Assembly (NCBI GenBank): GCA_963848445.1
Contig: CAWKDT010000001.1
Location: 330,667-394,666, forward strand
DNA length: 64,000 nucleotides
Direction of reading: 5' to 3'
Source: Candidatus Dormiibacterota bacterium
Lineage (GTDB): Bacteria > Chloroflexota > Dormibacteria > Aeolococcales > Aeolococcaceae
Every line of letters starts with the position of its first letter. The first letter of the stretch is position 1. The notes below the pieces were generated by a model that searched no databases, was not told the origin of the DNA, and saw nothing but the letters and a program-made list of their open reading frames with translations. Both the position numbers and the translations under genes were made by a program. Shown piece by piece: positions 17,909 to 28,153 of the stretch.

Positions 17909-20024
17909 CTATTCCACGCTGCCGAATGCCTTGATCTCCTCGAGCTCCTCGGCCGACAACTCGCGCGGAACCCCGCCCTTCGCCACCTTCTCGCTCTGGA
18001 CCTGACGCCGGATGCTCTCGACGATCTCGGGGTTCGCCAACGTGGTCACGTCACCGACATCCATGAAGTTCGAGATCGACGCGATCACGCGGCGCATGAT
18101 CTTTCCGGATCGAAGTCTTGGGCATGTCGTGTACGATCCAGACGTTCGTGGGTCGTGCGATCTTCCCGATCTCACGGTCGATGGCGTGGACCACCTTCTC
18201 CTTGATCTCGTCGCTGGGCGTGACACCGGGCTTCAGCGCAACGTACATCTCCACCGCGCGACCGCGCAGATCGTCGACCACCGGGACTGCGGCGGCCTCC
18301 GCGATCTCGTCGACCGTCAGGCATGCCGATTCGAGCTCCTTGGTCCCCAAGCGATGTCCGGCGACGTTGATCACGTCGTCGACCCGACCCAGGATGCGTA
18401 TGTAGCCGTCCGCGGCCTGAACGGCCCCGTCGCCTGCGAGGTAGGGCCAATCGTGCCAATCCTTGCTCTCCGGGTCCTTGTTGTACTTCTTGTAGTACGT
18501 GTCCACGAATCGCTCGGGCTGCCCCCAGATCGTCTCGAAGATGCCTGGCCACGGGTTGCGGATGCAGATGTTCCCGGCCTTGCCGCTGCCCGGCTCGACG
18601 ATCTGGCGATCCTCATCGTAGATGGCGGGATAGATTCCGAGGACCCCAGGCCCGCAGCTGCCCGGCTTCATCGGATCGAGGGCCGGGAGCGTGCTCCCCA
18701 GGAATCCGCCGTTCTCGGTCTGCCACCACGTGTCAACGATCACCGCCTCGCCCTTGCCGACCACCTTGTGGTACCAGCGCCAAACTTCCGGTTCGATGGG
18801 CTCGCCGACGGTGGTCATGTGCTTGAAGTGGTAGTTGTACTTGGCCGGCTCATCCGGCCCGAACTTGCGCAGCATCCGGATGGTGGTGGGCGCGGTGTGG
18901 AAGATGTTGACACCGAGGCGCTCGGCGATCCTCCAGGGTCGGCCGGCATCGGGGTAGAGCGGCACCCCTTCGTACATCACGCTTGTCGCCCCCAGGGAGA
19001 GCGGCCCGTAGACGATGTACGAATGCCCGGTGATCCACCCGATGTCGGCGAAGCACCAGTAGGTGTCTTCCGGATGGATGTCCTGGTAGTACTTCGACGT
19101 CCCGGTAACGTACGACAGGTAACCACCGGTGCTGTGCTGACAGCCCTTGGGACGGCCCGTGGTGCCGCTCGTGTACATGAGGAAGAGCGGCGCTTCCGCA
19201 GGCATCGAGACGGGCTCGACTAATCTGCCCGCGTAATCCTTCAACAGGTCGTCGACAAAGAAGTCGCGACCTTCCACCATCGGTGTCTTGGAGCTGTACT
19301 GGCCGGGGTAGCGTCGCCACACCAGTACCTTCTCGACCTCCATGCCCTGCTCGCGAGCCACCGCGACTGCCTCATCTGCCTTGGCCTTGTGGTCGATCAG
19401 TTCGCCGTTGCGGTAGTAACCATCCATGGTCACCAGGATCCGGCTCTGCGAGTCGGCGATGCGGCCCCCACAGGCCGGCCCGCTGAAACCTCCGAACACC
19501 TCGCTGTGAATCACGCCGAGGCGGGCGCAGGCGAGCATCGACACCGGGAGATCCGGGACCATCGGCATATGGAAGGTCACACGGTCACCGACCTTGACGC
19601 CCCCGAATCCCTGGAGAAGTGCAGCGAACTCATTGACCCGCTTGTACAGCTCCTGGTAGGTGATCGCCTGGGTCGCCTCGGCCTCGGGCTCGGGCACCCA
19701 AATCAGGGCCGCCTTATTGCGGTTCTTTGCCAAATGCCGATCAACACAGTTGGTGCTCGCGTTGAGCCGGCCCCCGACGAACCACTTCCAGAATGGTGGG
19801 TTACTGGTATCCAGGGTCGTGTGCCAGTACTTGTCCCAGGTGAGCAGGTCCGCATACTCCTTGAAGCACTCCGGGAACTTGTCCTCGCGGAATCGTTCGC
19901 GGATGCTGGGGTCGTTCGCGTTCGCCTGGCCGATGAAGCTCGCCGGCGGAAAGAAGTACTCCTCCTCGCGCCAGTGCACCGCGATCTGTGCCTCAGAGAC
20001 CTGCTTCTCGACTTCCACAGCCAT
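17909..20024 (-). pseudogene. acs: Acetyl-CoA synthetase (AMP-forming) with a +1 frameshift near position ~18121
   Basis: A 657-aa ORF carries full Acs motifs (YTSGTTGRPKG etc.) and ends in 'HDMPKT'. The adjacent frame encodes the Acs C-terminus 'RSGKIMRRV...TLANPEIVESI'. Removing one T in 'aagacTTcga' restores the frame. Confidence 0.85.
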
Positions 20025-20085
20025 TGGCCCACTCCTTGGATTCGGGTACCACCGAGCTGGGGCGCGTGCGCGCCACCCAGCGACT

Positions 20086-20373
20086 CTAGTCTTCGCTCAG
20101 CAGGCTTGCAGCGGCGGCGAACTCCCGTAGTTCACACGCTAGGGTCGCCTGGTGGGTAAGCGCCCTGAGATCGCCCCTGGCGAGCAACTCTCGGCAGAGC
20201 TCGCGGGTCAGGTCCAGCGCTCGGAGTGCCATCTCAGGCAGCGCTTCCAGCGATGCCTGCTCGGTATCCAGGCGAAGCCTGGCCAGTCCAGCCGCGGTTG
20301 TATCGTCAGGAGCAATCGATTGCAGCTGAAGCAGCCAGAGCGATAGCTCCCCGACGATGTACTGCTGGGTCAT
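20086..20373 (-). CDS. Hypothetical small helical protein
   Basis: A 95-aa ORF upstream of acs on the same strand. It has no motif. Confidence 0.25.
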   Translation of the reverse strand: MTQQYIVGELSLWLLQLQSIAPDDTTAAGLARLRLDTEQASLEALPEMALRALDLTRELCRELLARGDLRALTHQATLACELREFAAAASLLSED

Positions 20374-20710
20374 GCCCGACGCTTCTGGCTCTTCACTTGC
20401 ATGCCTGTCCGAGCCAAGCTCTCATGGCGTGGCTCCGATCGCGTTCATGGTGCTCCGCCCCGTCGATGTGGTCAAGAATCTGCGTGCACCCAGACACTGT
20501 CGACGCGGTTGAATTCGGCCACGCCTACGCCGTCTGGTGGAGCCGGCGCTCCTCCTGCGCGATCCAATTCAGCGCGGTGATGCTCACCGTGGCGGCGTCC
20601 CCGCATTAGAAGCCCCCTGACTCGCCATTTTCTCCACGGCTTCCACGTCGCTCCCCCGGAAACGCCGCGTGAATTCAGCTCGTATTCAGAATGTCGAGGT
20701 CAGATTGACG

Positions 20711-20785
20711 TGGTCGGGGCGACTGGACTCGAACCAGCGACCCCCTGCTCCCAAAGCAGGTGCGCTACCACTGCGCCACGCCCCG
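20711..20785 (-). tRNA. tRNA-Pro (anticodon TGG), CCA encoded
   Basis: The reverse complement folds as a cloverleaf. The acceptor stem is CGGGGCG/CGCCCCG. The anticodon stem-loop CCTGC-TTTGGGA-GCAGG gives anticodon UGG. The T-arm is GGTTCGAGTCC. Confidence 0.85.
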
Positions 20786-20914
20786 ATGCTCTCTGATCTC
20801 AGCCAACTCCGTTGCCTCGCCTCTGGTGTCCCTGACGGGGCCCCAACTCCGAGCAGCCGATTGAGCGTGAAATCAGGCTCGAAAGGTACCACGGCATGGG
20901 CGTAGGATCGCTCC

Positions 20915-21238
20915 ATGGCCGACCAAGGGAGCGTGTCCGAACGCTGGTATGACGCGAATGACATTGGGGGTCGAGCCGGGTTTTTCCGTGACCTCATCGC
21001 AAACTTTCGGAAGGATCACTCGCGCGAATTGTACGGAGAGAACCGACGTCGCCTCTGGCAGCTCATCGAGAAACACGGCGGAATCCTGGACGGCCGCCCG
21101 ACCTGGTTGCGCATCGTCTCCGAGATGATCGATCAGGACACGGTTGAGGTGAGGCAGACGCAGAAGGACGGCGCCTACAAGCTGTTCACCCTCACTGCGG
21201 CCGAAACACGCGAGCTGATCAGCGCGCCGGTTCAGTAG
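20915..21238 (+). CDS. Hypothetical protein (107 aa)
   Basis: A clean ORF in a lower-density region next to tRNA-Pro. It has no motif. Confidence 0.35.
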   Translation: MADQGSVSERWYDANDIGGRAGFFRDLIANFRKDHSRELYGENRRRLWQLIEKHGGILDGRPTWLRIVSEMIDQDTVEVRQTQKDGAYKLFTLTAAETRELISAPVQ

Positions 21239-21652
21239 CCCGTACCGTGCAGCGGAGCGGCGGGCGCCGTCCAAAGAAGCGCTTGTGGCCGTATCTGTTC
21301 GTTCGCGCGCGGACAGACAGCGCGTGCGCAGCGGCACACACTGCTGAGCCTCTTGTCTCAATGCCCCGTGTGCGGTTCTGAATGGGCGATTCCGCTCACC
21401 TTCCCCACGGCGTTCGGGTGGGTGGTTCCGGACGATGCGGACAGATTACCCATCGCCGAGTGCACGGCATGCAGCCATCGCTTCCTCGCCGGCGAGATCG
21501 ACGTTCAAGACATGGACGCCTCGAACCGCTAGCCGATCATCCTTCCCCAGGCCCGCGGCCACGCTTGCCGGATCGGTGACCACCACACCCGTGGGCACGC
21601 TGGAGAGAATGGCGTCGAAGTCACTTTGGCAATACTCTTCGGGCTGGCTGGT

Positions 21653-22513
21653 CTAGTGCAGGGTTGGATCACTTCTCGTGCAGTCCCATGAATACCTGCC
21701 GTCGTGGCCGGCGCCGGTGACGAGCTTGTAGAACTGCAGGTCGATCCACTGATTGTCGCCTTCACGTGCCACGCGAGCCTCGAGCTTCGCTGGGCTCGTG
21801 TACTGCTTGTGCTTCTGACCGTTGATCGTCCGGTAGCAGGGAGCCTCGACCTGCTCGCAGGCACCGCCAGTGATGCTGGTGCTGGCCTGGAAGCCGTCGG
21901 GGTTCATGGTGGATTCGTAGTTGACGCCGCCGTGGTAGGTTCGACCGTAGTAGAAACACGTGCTCACGACCTGGCTCTGCACGGTGGAGTCGAACTGATT
22001 GTCCGGGTAGGCGAAGAGGCCGTTGGCGCTCAGCCCCTCAGCGGTGAAGCTGGGCAACGATCCGCAGCTCTCGGTCACTTGCTCCGCTTCGCTCATCTGG
22101 GTGATGTCGCTGTAGGTCAGGCCTGCAGAGACGATCTGCCATCCGTAGCTGGTGTTGAGCGCTTGGAGATCGGCCCAGTCGGCATAGATATTGGTGTGGT
22201 AGCACGTCTCACTGCTCGCCCCGGTGAATGCGACCACCGCCGCCACAGTCGCGCTCATGCCCCGTGCGGCGAGATCCTCGGCGACTTGAGTCAGCGTGAG
22301 GATCCCCGGAACCGCAGCGCAGGCGGTGGAGCCCTTCACCGGGTTGTACGAGCCCTCCATTGCCCGGCCGAATTGGATGGTCAGATATCCGGGCAGTGGC
22401 ACCGCACTCAGCGATCCCGCCACGGTGGCGGCAGGCGGAGCGGCGGTGACCTTCGCGCCCGGTGCACCTGTCACTGTGGAAGGCGGCGCGGTGGGCCGCC
22501 GCGGATGCTGCAA
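21653..22513 (-). CDS. Hypothetical Cys-containing Ser/Thr/Tyr/Gly-rich protein. A possible signal peptide lies in an upstream frame (22514-22619).
   Basis: A 286-aa ORF with a secreted-protein-like composition. The neighbouring frame upstream encodes 'MRGHRIRRPSRLPAHLSVRHTPVLNQWIASACAAIFAASAAAH', which resembles a signal peptide. This suggests a 1-nt frameshift or sequencing error. Confidence 0.4.
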   Translation of the reverse strand: MQHPRRPTAPPSTVTGAPGAKVTAAPPAATVAGSLSAVPLPGYLTIQFGRAMEGSYNPVKGSTACAAVPGILTLTQVAEDLAARGMSATVAAVVAFTGASSETCYHTNIYADWADLQALNTSYGWQIVSAGLTYSDITQMSEAEQVTESCGSLPSFTAEGLSANGLFAYPDNQFDSTVQSQVVSTCFYYGRTYHGGVNYESTMNPDGFQASTSITGGACEQVEAPCYRTINGQKHKQYTSPAKLEARVAREGDNQWIDLQFYKLVTGAGHDGRYSWDCTRSDPTLH

Positions 22514-22887
22514 AGATGGCAGCGCATGCGGAAGCGATCCATTGGTTCAACACAGGGGTATGCCTCACTGAGAGATGGGCGGGCAGCCGCGACGGTCGCC
22601 GGATCCGGTGACCCCTCATCGGACGTCTCGGTCACGACCGTGCGAAGCGACGTTGACGGTTGTCGATGGATGCCGAGACGCCAACCCGGCTGTGAATCGT
22701 TCACCATCCAACGATGGACACGAAGGCCAAACTGCTGCTCGCCGGGCTTGCCCTGGTCGTTCTGGCCTTCATGGTCATCTATGGGCTCCTGGCCATCCTC
22801 GCCGGCCCCAGCTGCTGCTGACGCCGGAACGCCGCTGGACGCCAACCCCTCCGAATCGCGGGGTCTCACGGCACACTGAGCGCTGCA

Positions 22888-24066
22888 GTGGACTACCTCG
22901 ACATCGTCATCCTCGTCTTCCTCGTGCTGTTCGCGCTCTCGGGGTTCCGGCGCGGCCTGAGCGGAATCGTGTTCGCCCTGGCCGGGCTGCTGGTCGGTCT
23001 CTTCGTCGGGGCGCTGATCGCGCCGCCGATCGCGCGCCTGATCACCCACGATCGGACCACCACGCAACCCGCGATCGCCATCGCGGTGTTCCTCGGCATC
23101 ACGTTCGTCGTCGAGGCAATCGGCGCCGGCGTGGGGTTCCGCATCCGGCAGCGGACTCAGCGCACCGTCCTCGGTCCGGCCGACGCGGGCATCGGCGCCG
23201 TCATCGGCTTGATCGGGGCGCTCGCCGCCGCCTGGTACCTCGGCCTCGTGTTCTCGCAGAGCTCCTGGGTTGCACTGGACGATCAGATCAGCAGCTCGTC
23301 GATCGAGCGCGCCCTCGACCACGTGATGCCTCGTCCCCCGGCCTTCCTGGCCACGATCGGCAATCTCCTCCGGCCGAGCGACTTTCCCAACCCCTTCTCG
23401 ACCATCCTCAGCATCCCGGCCGCGCCGGTGGCGATCCCCCCACTGGTGGACACCGCCGGGATCCGGCAGGCGGTGACCGTGACGTCCAAGGTGATCGCGG
23501 CGGGATGCAACGGGGGCGCCGAGGCCGGATCATCGTGGCCGCTCGCCGCGGGATACATGGTCACCAACGCGCACGTGGTGGCCGGTTCGAACAGCGTGGA
23601 GATCGACACGCCGGATGGCCGCCATCACACCGCAACGGTGGTGCTCTTCGACCCCGACACCGATCTCGCGGTGCTCTACGCCCCAGGCATCACGCTGCAG
23701 CCGCTGACGCTCGTGAACCGGGATCCGTCGCGCGGCACCGGCGGGGCGGTGATCGGATACCCCGGCGGCGGCTCGGAGACGGTGGTGGCCGCAGCGGTGA
23801 GCGCCACGGAAACAGTGCAGGGCTACAACATCTACGGCGACAACCTGGTCACCCGTGACCTCGAGGTGCTGGCCGCGCACGTGATTCCCGGGAACTCCGG
23901 CGGGCCGATCGTCAACGACAGCGGTCAGATCATCGGTGTCGTCTTCGCGGCAAGCACCACGCAGACCGATGTCGCCTACGCGCTCAGCATTCCCCAGGTG
24001 TTCCCCGATCTGCAGGCGGCCCGCCACCGGACCGCGGCGGTCTCGACGCAGAGCTGCACGAGCTGA
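22888..24066 (+). CDS. MarP-like membrane serine protease (CvpA-like 4-TM domain + chymotrypsin-like S1 protease)
   Basis: An N-terminal CvpA-type membrane domain. The C-terminal protease has His (TNAHVV), Asp and 'GNSGGP' Ser motifs. The architecture matches Mycobacterium MarP (Rv3671c). Confidence 0.85.
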   Translation: MDYLDIVILVFLVLFALSGFRRGLSGIVFALAGLLVGLFVGALIAPPIARLITHDRTTTQPAIAIAVFLGITFVVEAIGAGVGFRIRQRTQRTVLGPADAGIGAVIGLIGALAAAWYLGLVFSQSSWVALDDQISSSSIERALDHVMPRPPAFLATIGNLLRPSDFPNPFSTILSIPAAPVAIPPLVDTAGIRQAVTVTSKVIAAGCNGGAEAGSSWPLAAGYMVTNAHVVAGSNSVEIDTPDGRHHTATVVLFDPDTDLAVLYAPGITLQPLTLVNRDPSRGTGGAVIGYPGGGSETVVAAAVSATETVQGYNIYGDNLVTRDLEVLAAHVIPGNSGGPIVNDSGQIIGVVFAASTTQTDVAYALSIPQVFPDLQAARHRTAAVSTQSCTS

Positions 24067-24079
24067 GCGCCGCGCTCAG
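24063..24079. terminator. GC-rich hairpin (7-bp stem CTGAGCG/CGCTCAG, 3-nt loop) spanning both convergent stop codons. It is a possible bidirectional terminator.
   Basis: The perfect inverted repeat ctgagcg-ccg-cgctcag lies between the marP-like (+) and L,D-transpeptidase (-) stops. There is no clear U-tract. Confidence 0.3.
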
Positions 24080-25446
24080 TCGGTGATGATCACGGTGGTG
24101 CCGATGGGGCTCCATGCGTACAGCCACTGCATCGTCGCCGTCGGGACGTGCACGCACCCGTGGCTCGCGTAGGCGCCGTCCTCACTCCCCGGGCCGAATG
24201 CGCTCGTCGGCTCCCAGGGCGCGTCGTGGAAGAAGAATCCGCCACTCGCGAACTCCATGCCGAATTCCGCTGTCTCCGGTGCGTAGTAATAGGGGGAGGA
24301 CTTCGGCCACTGCGAATAGAAGGTGATCGGCGTGTCCTTCGCGTAGATGTGATAGGTCCCCGCCGGGGTGCGAAGGCCCGCCATACCGCTCGTGATCGGG
24401 GACGACCCCGCCACGCACCCGTCGTCGTAGAAGACGGCGTCCTGCGTGGCGAGGGTGACCTCGATCACCTTGCCCGCGGGAACGTCGTGTCCGCATCCGA
24501 CCGCGGCAAGCGCCGTGTTCACCGCTACCTCCGTCGACGCGATCTGCGCGGCGACCTCCTGCAATCGAGACGCATCACCTCCCGCGTGGAGCGCCGCGGC
24601 GAGCGTCGAGGAGCGGTCGGCAAATCCCGCGGCGCCGGCTGCGAGGTGTGCCGCGGCGAGCCGCACCTTCGCATCGAGTGCCTGGAGCTCGGCGGCGACC
24701 TTGCCGTCGAGGGTGATGAGCGCGTCGAGCTGCTCGAGGTCGGCGACCATCGACCTGATGGCCGCGACTGCCGCGGCCGTATTCGCGCTGTCAGCGCTCA
24801 GCGTCGCGATGAGTGACGGGATGGCGCCGGCGGACAGGTTGTCGCCATGCGCGACCGAAACCGCATGGCGCGCTGCGGCCAGCAGGGTCTCCACGCCACG
24901 GTAGGCACCCGACGCGTCCGTGAGCTCGGTGACCCGCGCTCCATTGCGGGAACTCGAGACCTGCGCGGCCCAGGTGGTGACGAGTTCGTCGATCTGCGCC
25001 GGGGTGCGCGCCGCCGTGAGTTGCGCCTCCCATTGCGCCGCCGAGGTCGCCGCCGCCCTGGACACGTACGCCCCGAACTCCATCTCCATCTCGCTCCACG
25101 CGGTCATGATCGCGTCGGCGCGCGATCGCGCGACGGCCACCGCCGCGGTCCAGATCGCGGCGGTCTCGCGATGAAGCCCTCCGAGCAGCGCACTGCCGTC
25201 GTCGGTCCACCACAGCGGTGACCACGCGGCCGTGTGCATGTATGGCGAAGCGTTGAGTATCCGGCGGACCTGGACGACGCTCGACGCGGGGACACCCTCG
25301 CGCTCGTCCGCCGTCCAGGTCCGCTCGAGTGTCGCGGCAGCACGCTGGAAGGACGAAGCGCGACTCATCGCGTGCGCGGTCGCCGCTCCGCCTGCTCCGA
25401 TCAGCGCGCACGACACCGCGGCCGTCGCAACCGGTAGCAGTCGCAT
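24076..25446 (-). CDS. Secreted L,D-transpeptidase (YkuD domain) with long Ala-rich N-terminal region
   Basis: A signal peptide is present. The C-terminal 'TPAGTYHIYAK' and the catalytic 'ASHGCVHVP' (HGC) motif match the L,D-transpeptidase family. Confidence 0.85.
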   Translation of the reverse strand: MRLLPVATAAVSCALIGAGGAATAHAMSRASSFQRAAATLERTWTADEREGVPASSVVQVRRILNASPYMHTAAWSPLWWTDDGSALLGGLHRETAAIWTAAVAVARSRADAIMTAWSEMEMEFGAYVSRAAATSAAQWEAQLTAARTPAQIDELVTTWAAQVSSSRNGARVTELTDASGAYRGVETLLAAARHAVSVAHGDNLSAGAIPSLIATLSADSANTAAAVAAIRSMVADLEQLDALITLDGKVAAELQALDAKVRLAAAHLAAGAAGFADRSSTLAAALHAGGDASRLQEVAAQIASTEVAVNTALAAVGCGHDVPAGKVIEVTLATQDAVFYDDGCVAGSSPITSGMAGLRTPAGTYHIYAKDTPITFYSQWPKSSPYYYAPETAEFGMEFASGGFFFHDAPWEPTSAFGPGSEDGAYASHGCVHVPTATMQWLYAWSPIGTTVIITD

Positions 25447-25469
25447 CTCTCCGGGATGCTACCCGAGAA

Positions 25470-26468
25470 TCAGCTGGAGAGGAACCCGTTCTGCACGAGC
25501 CAGGCGTGCGCGACGTCGGCCACGGTCATGTTCTGGATCTCCACCATCGCGTTGAGCTGGAGCATCACATCGGTGGTCAACTTCGCGGCGACGGGCGTCA
25601 TCAACGCGTCGATCGCCGGGTACTTCTTGAGCACGTCAGACCGGACGACAAGGCCCGCGTTGTCGGGCGGGAAGAGGTTCTTGTCGTCGGTGAGGGTCAC
25701 CTCGTTGTTCGCCTGGATGCCCGAATCGGTCGTGAAGACCTCGCCAGCGTCGCATTGCCCGTTGGCGATCGCCTTCTCGGCGGTGGTGCCGATCTGCGTG
25801 TAGCTGAAGCTCGACGCGGACGGCCACCCGTACGTGCTCACGAGCCCGGGAAGACCATCGGGGCGCGTGAGGAACTCCGACATGATGCAGACCTTCGTGT
25901 TGGGATGTGACGTCAGGTAGGTGCCGAAATCCCCGAGCGAGGACCCGAAGGTTCCCGTCTGACTCTGCTTGATGGCGATGCCGTTGGTGTCGTCGAACTG
26001 TGTCGGTGCGACCCAGCAGAGATCGTGGGGCTCGTCTGCCTTCTGCACGAACGTGAAGGCGGCGGCGAGCGCGGTCGGGAACGACCCGGTCTGCAGACCC
26101 AGGTAGTCCGTCAACTCAGTCCCGGTGTACTGCCAGTACATGTCGATGGTGCCGTTGGTCAGCGCGGTGCCGATCGCCTTGTCGGCGGCCTGAAACGTGT
26201 AGTTGACGGTGAATCCGTGAGCCCCGAGGACGTCCTTGGTCATCTGGGCCATCAACTGCTCCTCGGCAAAGGACTTGCTGCCGATCGACACCGTCGCGCC
26301 ATTGCCGCTCGAGCCCGATCCCGCCGGGCAGTTGCTCTGGGTGCCGCTGCTCGTCGGTGAGCTGCCGCCGGAGTTTCCACCCCCGCATGCAGCAAGGACT
26401 GCGGTGATCGCCACTGCGACACCCGCGATGAACTTGCGCCTCATGAGTGTGTTCCTCCGCCTGATCAA
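25470..26468 (-). CDS. Glycine betaine/choline/carnitine ABC transporter substrate-binding lipoprotein (OpuAC/OpuCC family)
   Basis: Lipobox 'LAACGG'. The OpuAC-like fold carries aromatic-box residues. Confidence 0.8.
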   Translation of the reverse strand: MIRRRNTLMRRKFIAGVAVAITAVLAACGGGNSGGSSPTSSGTQSNCPAGSGSSGNGATVSIGSKSFAEEQLMAQMTKDVLGAHGFTVNYTFQAADKAIGTALTNGTIDMYWQYTGTELTDYLGLQTGSFPTALAAAFTFVQKADEPHDLCWVAPTQFDDTNGIAIKQSQTGTFGSSLGDFGTYLTSHPNTKVCIMSEFLTRPDGLPGLVSTYGWPSASSFSYTQIGTTAEKAIANGQCDAGEVFTTDSGIQANNEVTLTDDKNLFPPDNAGLVVRSDVLKKYPAIDALMTPVAAKLTTDVMLQLNAMVEIQNMTVADVAHAWLVQNGFLSS

Positions 26469-27205
26469 CCGTTGACGCGTCTCGGGACTGCAACGCGCTC
26501 GACCATCGAGAGCGCCCAGTCGGCCAGCAAAGCAAGCGATGCCACCATCACAGCTCCCACAAAGACGACCCGATCACTGTTGTTGATGCCATTGGCGATG
26601 ACATCACCAAGTCCACCACCCCCGATGAAGTTCCCGAGTGTAGCGGTTCCGATGATAAGGACGAGGGACGTCCGCAAACCCGCGAAGATCAGTGGCGACG
26701 CCAGCGGGAACTGCACTCGCACCAAAGCCTGCCAACGCGTCATCCCCATGCCCCGAGCCGCGTCGATCGCCGCCGGATCGACCCCCTGGATGCCTGCGAC
26801 CGTGTTCCGGAGGACGGGCAGCAGCCCGTAGAGGCTGAGCGCGATCACCGTCGGTGTGGCCCCGAGGCCGAAGAAGGCGAAGAGCAGGACGAGGAGCCCG
26901 ATCCCTGGGATCGCCTGTCCCAGGTTCGCGATGAGGAACACCGGGACGCGCACGATCGGGCCCGCCTGGGCGATCAACACCCCGAGCGGCACCCCGACGA
27001 CGAGGACGATCGCGAACGAAACTCCCGAGAGGAAGATGTGCCTGATCGTCTCGCTCTCCAGGGAGGGCGCGTTGATCACCTCGGAGTCGAACGGTTTGCC
27101 GATCAGCGTCTGATAGATCCCGAAGGAGAGCGCGATCGCAATCGCCACCCCGATGGGGACGGCGAACGGCCGCAGCCGGTGTATCCACGCCGGCAGCCGG
27201 GGCAT
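26465..27205 (-). CDS. Osmoprotectant ABC transporter permease (OpuCB/CD-like)
   Basis: Multi-TM protein with the EAA-like loop 'AARGMGMTRWQALVRVQFPLASP' of binding-protein-dependent transport systems. It overlaps its neighbours by 4 nt. Confidence 0.8.
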   Translation of the reverse strand: MPRLPAWIHRLRPFAVPIGVAIAIALSFGIYQTLIGKPFDSEVINAPSLESETIRHIFLSGVSFAIVLVVGVPLGVLIAQAGPIVRVPVFLIANLGQAIPGIGLLVLLFAFFGLGATPTVIALSLYGLLPVLRNTVAGIQGVDPAAIDAARGMGMTRWQALVRVQFPLASPLIFAGLRTSLVLIIGTATLGNFIGGGGLGDVIANGINNSDRVVFVGAVMVASLALLADWALSMVERVAVPRRVNG

Positions 27206-28153
27206 CTAGCGCGCCTGCCTCGATGCAGCGCGAATCACGTCGGCGTCGACGAGGCCGAGCGTCCGGTCGCCGTCCACCACTCGGGCGCGGCCTTCGGGCG
27301 ACCGGAGCACGGCGTCGAGTGCGTCCCGGAGGGTGCCCGTCACCGGCACGCTCGCCTCCGGCGGTGTCGCCCCGTTCGATGACGCCAGATCCACACTGCT
27401 GAGCGGGATGAGCGCCAGGCGGCGGACGAGCCGTCCCTCGCCGAGAAACTCGGTGACGAAGTCCGACTGGGGGTGCGCGAGGAGATCCTCCGGCGTCGCG
27501 AACTGCTCGAGCACCCCTCCACGGGAGAGCAGGGCAACCCGGTCCCCCAGCTTCACCGCCTCGTCGATGTCGTGGGTGACGAAGACGATGGTCTTGCGGA
27601 CCACGCTCTGGAGCCGGAGCAGCTCGTTCTGGAGCCGTTCCCGGGCGATCGGGTCGATGGCGCCGAACGGCTCGTCCATCAGCAGGATGTTCGGGTCGGC
27701 GCCGAGGGCTCGAGCGACCCCGACCCGCTGGCGCTCGCCGCCGCTCAACTCGGACGGCAGCCGGCGGGCGTAGTCCGCTGCCGGCAGGCCGACGAGGTCG
27801 AGGAGCTCCTCCACCCTCGATTGGATCCGCTGCTTGGTCCACCCGAGCAGGCGCGGCACCGTCGCCACGTTCTCGGCGACCGTGTAATGCGGGAACAGCC
27901 CGACCTGCTGGATCACGTACCCGATCGACCGGCGGAGGTCGTCGACCTCGTAGGTGCGAGTGTCGCGATCGTCGATGCAGATCATCCCCTCGGTCGGCTC
28001 GATGAGCCGGTTGATCATCTTGAGCGAGGTGGTCTTGCCGCATCCCGACGGGCCGACCAGGATCACGATCTCGCCCGACTTGATCTCGAGCGAGAGGTGG
28101 TCGACGGCGACCTGCTGGCCGTAGCGCTTGACCACCGCCTCGAAGGTGATCAC
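27206..28153 (-). CDS. Osmoprotectant ABC transporter ATP-binding protein (OpuCA/ProV-like with C-terminal CBS-like region)
   Basis: Walker A 'GPSGCGKTT', signature 'LSGGERQRV' and Walker B 'LLMDEPF' are present. The GTG start 'VITFEAV' overlaps the upstream permease stop. The remaining 190 aa of ORF 27206..28720 is a shadow. Confidence 0.85.
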   Translation of the reverse strand: MITFEAVVKRYGQQVAVDHLSLEIKSGEIVILVGPSGCGKTTSLKMINRLIEPTEGMICIDDRDTRTYEVDDLRRSIGYVIQQVGLFPHYTVAENVATVPRLLGWTKQRIQSRVEELLDLVGLPAADYARRLPSELSGGERQRVGVARALGADPNILLMDEPFGAIDPIARERLQNELLRLQSVVRKTIVFVTHDIDEAVKLGDRVALLSRGGVLEQFATPEDLLAHPQSDFVTEFLGEGRLVRRLALIPLSSVDLASSNGATPPEASVPVTGTLRDALDAVLRSPEGRARVVDGDRTLGLVDADVIRAASRQAR

